A stretch of 61,765 nt of DNA. Origin: Bacillota bacterium. Its GTDB lineage: Bacteria > Bacillota > Dethiobacteria > DTU022. Each line of letters begins with the position of its first letter. Positions within the stretch are counted from its first letter, which is position 1. The DNA lies in the NCBI GenBank assembly GCA_051748565.1, contig JBNJHN010000005.1, forward strand, positions 1 through 61,765, given 5' to 3'. The notes under the pieces were generated by a model, which ran no database searches, was not told the origin of the DNA, and worked only from the letters and a program-made list of their open reading frames with translations. Position numbers and translations under genes: made by a program. Shown here in pieces: positions 57,841 to 61,765 of the stretch.

Positions 57841-59073
57841 GTGATTAAGAGAAGCTATATGGTTGGCATTGATGTAGGCACAGCTGAGGTAAGGGTTGGG
57901 CTCGGCGAACCCCGTCCCGATGGTACTGTGAACATTATCGGTCTAGGTCTGAGCCCTTCCGATGGTGTACGTAAAGGTGTAATCGTTGACCTTGAAAAAA
58001 CAGTTGAATCGATTGTCAGCGCAGTTGAGGAAGCCGAAAGGATGGCCGGGTTCAAGATTGACTCCGCTTATGTTGGGTTGAAAGGCCTGAATATGGAGTT
58101 AATAAACAACCGGGGTGTCGTTGCCGTAACCTCAGAAGACCGTGAAATACGCGAGGACGATGTTGATCGGGTGATGCAGGCTGCCAAGGTTGTCGCTCTG
58201 CCCATGGATCGTGAGATTGTGGATATAATCCCCCGGGAATACATTGTTGACGGTTTCGAAGGCATCAGAGATCCGGTCGGCATGCTTGGAGTCAGGCTAG
58301 AAGTAGATGCTCTGGTAGTGACCAGTTTGATTACTTCCCTGCACAACCTGCTGCGCTGTATCAATCGGGCCGGAATTACCATCAACGCCCTGGTCCTGCA
58401 GGCGATGGCCAATTCTGAAGTATCACTATCTCCTGATGAAAGAGATCTGGGAGTATTCCTGGTCGACATTGGCAGCGGAACAACCGAGATTGCTCTATTC
58501 CAGCACGGCAAGCTGCAAAAGCTCGCAGTAATACCGGTCGGGGGAGATCATATCACTACCGATCTGGCCGCGGGCCTGAGAATCAATTATCACATTGCTG
58601 AAGAATTAAAAAAAGAACATGGTTCAGCCCTTCTTTCTCTTGCTGAAAGCGAACCAAAAATTGAAATTAAGACTGTAGGCAGCAACGAGCTCAGGCTGGT
58701 TTCGGAAAGAGAGCTCACTTCTTTTATCGAGCCGAGGGTACAAGAGATTTTTCAAATAGCCAAAGAAGAAATGATAAAAATGGGTTGGCCATATTTGCCA
58801 CCGGCGGGAGTTGTTCTCCACGGTGGAGTATCATCGATGAATGGAATTATCGAAGTCTCACGCCAGTTTTTTGAAAGCAATCAAGTCAGGCTGGCTGAGT
58901 ATGATATGGTCGGTGTTCAGAATCCGACCTATTCGACGGTGGTCGGACTGCTTCATTACGTCCAGCAATATCAGCCAAGAATGTTTGTCCAGGAAAGGGG
59001 CAAACCGACCAAAAAACGCGGACCCGGTCTCTGGCAGCGATTTAAGGACTGGATGGCCGACATAATTGAGTAG
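57841..59073 (+). CDS. ftsA: cell division protein FtsA
   Basis: GIDVGT, GVRKGVIVD, PVGMLGVRLE, DIGSGTT, GGDHITTD, C-terminal amphipathic helix LWQRFKDWM. Confidence 0.96.
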   Translation: MIKRSYMVGIDVGTAEVRVGLGEPRPDGTVNIIGLGLSPSDGVRKGVIVDLEKTVESIVSAVEEAERMAGFKIDSAYVGLKGLNMELINNRGVVAVTSEDREIREDDVDRVMQAAKVVALPMDREIVDIIPREYIVDGFEGIRDPVGMLGVRLEVDALVVTSLITSLHNLLRCINRAGITINALVLQAMANSEVSLSPDERDLGVFLVDIGSGTTEIALFQHGKLQKLAVIPVGGDHITTDLAAGLRINYHIAEELKKEHGSALLSLAESEPKIEIKTVGSNELRLVSERELTSFIEPRVQEIFQIAKEEMIKMGWPYLPPAGVVLHGGVSSMNGIIEVSRQFFESNQVRLAEYDMVGVQNPTYSTVVGLLHYVQQYQPRMFVQERGKPTKKRGPGLWQRFKDWMADIIE

Positions 59074-59105
59074 GAGAGCATACCAATCTTTAGGAGGTGC
59101 TTTTA

Positions 59106-60179
59106 ATGATTGAGTTCGATATTGAAATGGAACAATTTGCATCTATAAAAGTAGTTGGAATAGGTGGAGGAGGCAGTAATGCGGTAAACAGGATGATTGC
59201 TGCCGGTCTTCAGGGAGTTGATTTTTGCGCGGTTAATACGGATGCCCAGGCTCTCTTTCTGGCCAACGCCGGAACAAAGCTGCAAATAGGTGAACAGCTC
59301 ACCAAAGGGCTCGGGGCCGGAGCAAATCCGGAAATCGGCAGTAAAGCAGCAGAAGAAAGCCGTAATGATATTGAAGCTATGCTCAAAGGATCAGACATGG
59401 TATTTATTACGGCAGGAATGGGTGGCGGAACAGGTACAGGTGCTGCACCGATTATTGCAGAAATAGCACAAAAACTGGGGGCCCTGACAGTCGGCGTTGT
59501 TACCAAGCCGTTTACCTTCGAAGGCAGAAAACGTAAGCAGCAGGCTGAAGAAGGTATCGCCTGCCTGAAGGAGAAGGTAGATACTTTGATAACCATTCCC
59601 AACGATCGTCTTTTACAGGTGGTTGAGAAGAAGACACCTATCCTGGAAGCCTTCAGGGTTGCCGATGATGTGCTCCGGCAGGGTGTACAGGGGATATCCG
59701 ACCTGATCGCTGTTCCCGGCTTGATTAACCTTGATTTTGCCGATGTGCGCACGATTATGGCTGAAACCGGGCCCGCCCTGATGGGTGTCGGACAGGGAAG
59801 CGGGGAAAACCGGACCGTAGAAGCAGCCAGAGCCGCCACGAACAGCCCCCTTCTGGAAACCTCTATTGAAGGTGCGCGGGGAGTACTGATTAATGTTACG
59901 GGCAGCTCGGATCTCAGCCTCTACGAGGTGCATGAAGCTGCCGAGATTGTAGGCGGCTATGCTGATCCCGAAGCAAACATTATCTTCGGTGCGGTTATCG
60001 ACGATAACTGCCAGGATCAAGTCAGGGTTACCGTTATTGCCACCGGTTTCAAGGTTCAGAAAAAGGGTTTCAAGCCTACACTGGCGGCAGTTGGCAGCAG
60101 CGCTTATGCCCGCGGTGAAAACCTTGATTCACCGGCCTGGTCCCGCTGGCAACAGGAAGATAAAATTGTTAACGAGTAA
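59106..60179 (+). CDS. ftsZ: cell division protein FtsZ
   Basis: [49 protein letters not shown]; start ATG 59106. Confidence 0.97.
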   Translation: MIEFDIEMEQFASIKVVGIGGGGSNAVNRMIAAGLQGVDFCAVNTDAQALFLANAGTKLQIGEQLTKGLGAGANPEIGSKAAEESRNDIEAMLKGSDMVFITAGMGGGTGTGAAPIIAEIAQKLGALTVGVVTKPFTFEGRKRKQQAEEGIACLKEKVDTLITIPNDRLLQVVEKKTPILEAFRVADDVLRQGVQGISDLIAVPGLINLDFADVRTIMAETGPALMGVGQGSGENRTVEAARAATNSPLLETSIEGARGVLINVTGSSDLSLYEVHEAAEIVGGYADPEANIIFGAVIDDNCQDQVRVTVIATGFKVQKKGFKPTLAAVGSSAYARGENLDSPAWSRWQQEDKIVNE

Positions 60180-60213
60180 TTTAATCTAAAATGATATTGG
60201 AAAACTGAATAAA

Positions 60214-60248
60214 CGGCCCGGCACACTATTAAAATTAGTGCCGGGCCG
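60214..60248. terminator. GC-rich hairpin / terminator after ftsZ
   Basis: CGGCCCGGCAC...GTGCCGGGCCG, 11-bp perfect inverted repeat. Confidence 0.65.
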
Positions 60249-60318
60249 GAATTTTAGTAACAGCAAAGCAGCCTGATATATTTTAGCACTCTAAGTATAA
60301 AAATTTTTCAAAAAAGGC

Positions 60319-60370
60319 TTTACACACAATATATTGTGTTCTATAATGGGATAACTGCAATATATTGATG
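60319..60370 (+). promoter_or_regulatory. nrdR-nrdD promoter with tandem NrdR boxes
   Basis: TTTACA-N17-TATAAT (60319-60347); perfect palindrome ACACAATATATTGTGT (60324-60339) and a second box CTGCAATATATTGATG (60355-60370), 31 bp apart. Confidence 0.85.
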
Positions 60371-60383
60371 GGAGAGCACATAT

Positions 60384-60860
60384 ATGAAATGTCCCTACTG
60401 CGGCGAAATTGATACCCGGGTCCTTGATTCAAGGTCGACCCAGGATTCTTCGGCTATTCGCCGCCGGCGCCAGTGCATCGGCTGTACCAATCGTTTTACA
60501 ACCATGGAAAAATTAGAAGAAGAACCGATAGTCGTAGTCAAAAGAGACGGGCGAAGAGAGCTTTTTGATCCCAATAAAATTCTTAAGGGGCTGGTATTAG
60601 CCGGTCAGAAGCGCAATATTCCGCTCTCCCGCTGGGAAGAAGTTGTTGAAAATCTCGAGCGGGAGCTGCGCAGCAGTTATCCCAAGGAGGTTCCCGCCGA
60701 CAAAATAGGCGATATAGTTTTAAAAAAACTGCGCACAATAGACGAAGTAGCCTATGTCCGCTTTGCCTCAGTATTCCGCCAGTTCCCTGACGTTGAAACA
60801 TTTAAAACTGAGCTGGAAGAAATGCTGTCAGAAAAAAGAAGTCAGAATCCTGAGACCTGA
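60384..60860 (+). CDS. nrdR: transcriptional repressor NrdR
   Basis: MKCPYC..VLDSR, IRRRRQC..C..RFTT, ATP cone, DEVAYVRFASV. Confidence 0.97.
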   Translation: MKCPYCGEIDTRVLDSRSTQDSSAIRRRRQCIGCTNRFTTMEKLEEEPIVVVKRDGRRELFDPNKILKGLVLAGQKRNIPLSRWEEVVENLERELRSSYPKEVPADKIGDIVLKKLRTIDEVAYVRFASVFRQFPDVETFKTELEEMLSEKRSQNPET

Positions 60861-60955
60861 GCTTAAAATATATAATTTAAAAAAATTTTTGAAAAATTAG
60901 AAGCAGTGTTTTCCGGTACCTCACATGCGACATCCAGGACAAGGGGGTTTTATAA

Positions 60956-61765
60956 TTGGACGAAGGCGCAGCAACGGTTAAATCTGAAAAAAGGTCGGTT
61001 GTTGAGTCTGCCTTTAAAGAAATTCGCAAGCGTGATGGTCGGGTAGTGCCATTTGATCCCGAAAAGATCACTGACGCAATTTTTAAGGCGGCCAGGGCGG
61101 TTGGTGGAAGCGATCGCGGTATTGCTGAAAACCTGACCGGCCAGGTGATTAGAAGCCTGGAAGAGAAGGCCATGGACGGGGTTATTCCGTCGGTTGAAGA
61201 AGTTCAGGATGCCGTGGAAATTGCCTTGATCGAAAACGGCCATGCCCGTACTGCCAAAGCTTATATTCTTTACAGGGACCGACGCACTCGTATTCGTGAA
61301 GGAAAATCAGAACTAATGGATGTGGTCAAAGATATCCTGGTTGAAACCAGCCGTGAAAATGCCAATGTAAGCAATTCTCCTTCGGCCAAGATGTTGCAGA
61401 TAGCCACAGCAGCCAGCAAACAATATTATTTAACCAACCTGCTGCCTGAAGAATATGCCCGTGCCCACGACGAAGGGGCAATGCACATTCACGATCTCGA
61501 CTATTACAGCAAAACTTTGAACTGCTTGCAGATCGATCTTACCACCCTTTACCGGAATGGTTTTAATACGGGCTACGGTTTTATCCGTCCCCCAAAAAGG
61601 ATTGCTTCGGCGGCCGCGCAGGCAGCTATTATTCTGCAGAGCAACCAGAATGATATGTTTGGAGGCCAGAGCTTTCCTCACTTCGACCGCAGTATGGGAG
61701 AGGTGATCCGCAGCCTGAAAGTGAAACCGGATTACGAAGAGATCTACCAGGCCATGGAAGGGCTG
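60956..61765 (+). CDS. nrdD: anaerobic (class III) ribonucleoside-triphosphate reductase, 3' end runs off the window
   Basis: Not in ORF track. From TTG 60956: ATP cone IRKRDGRVVPFDPEKI..VEEVQDAVE..KAYILYR, RENAN, HIHDLDYY..LNCLQID, QNDMFGGQS; start approximate. Confidence 0.92.
   Translation, partial: MDEGAATVKSEKRSVVESAFKEIRKRDGRVVPFDPEKITDAIFKAARAVGGSDRGIAENLTGQVIRSLEEKAMDGVIPSVEEVQDAVEIALIENGHARTAKAYILYRDRRTRIREGKSELMDVVKDILVETSRENANVSNSPSAKMLQIATAASKQYYLTNLLPEEYARAHDEGAMHIHDLDYYSKTLNCLQIDLTTLYRNGFNTGYGFIRPPKRIASAAAQAAIILQSNQNDMFGGQSFPHFDRSMGEVIRSLKVKPDYEEIYQAMEGL

Noticed and set aside
59210-59839. Long antisense ORFs (e.g. 209 aa opposite ftsZ, 173 aa opposite the foldase)
   Set aside because: Typical antisense open frames of conserved genes; no independent motifs or SD

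Overview
Core-genome window from an anaerobic Bacillota (Clostridia-like; a Dethiobacteria-type lineage is a guess from gene content and style). It carries: a partial 2-hydroxyacyl-CoA dehydratase/benzoyl-CoA reductase-type subunit missed by the ORF track; hisG; a PrsA-like foldase; murT-gatD; a RACo/AcsV-type corrinoid activator; tRNA-Arg(CCG); ymfF/ymfH; archaeal-type FBP aldolase/phosphatase; a class III aminotransferase fused to an acyl-ACP-reductase-like domain; proS; a NuoE/NuoF/FdhA-like/FdhD redox operon; his and aro genes; secDF-recJ-rel-dtd; a single-ORF HisRS-AspRS fusion followed by 6S RNA; mgtE; the mraZ-ftsZ dcw cluster; and nrdR plus partial nrdD. I saw no mobile elements, CRISPR arrays or prophage genes. 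The most unusual items are: (1) the in-frame hisS-aspS fusion; (2) the stand-alone transaminase-reductase fusion (a possible fatty-amine synthase) with a twin-palindrome operator; (3) a bifurcating-type NuoEF module paired with an FdhA-like subunit whose catalytic motifs and C-terminal Mo-cofactor domain are degenerate, plus a small Cys-rich ORF; (4) a recurring sigma-H-like promoter motif in a locus lacking the usual sporulation genes. All calls come from motif recognition by eye; no searches were run.
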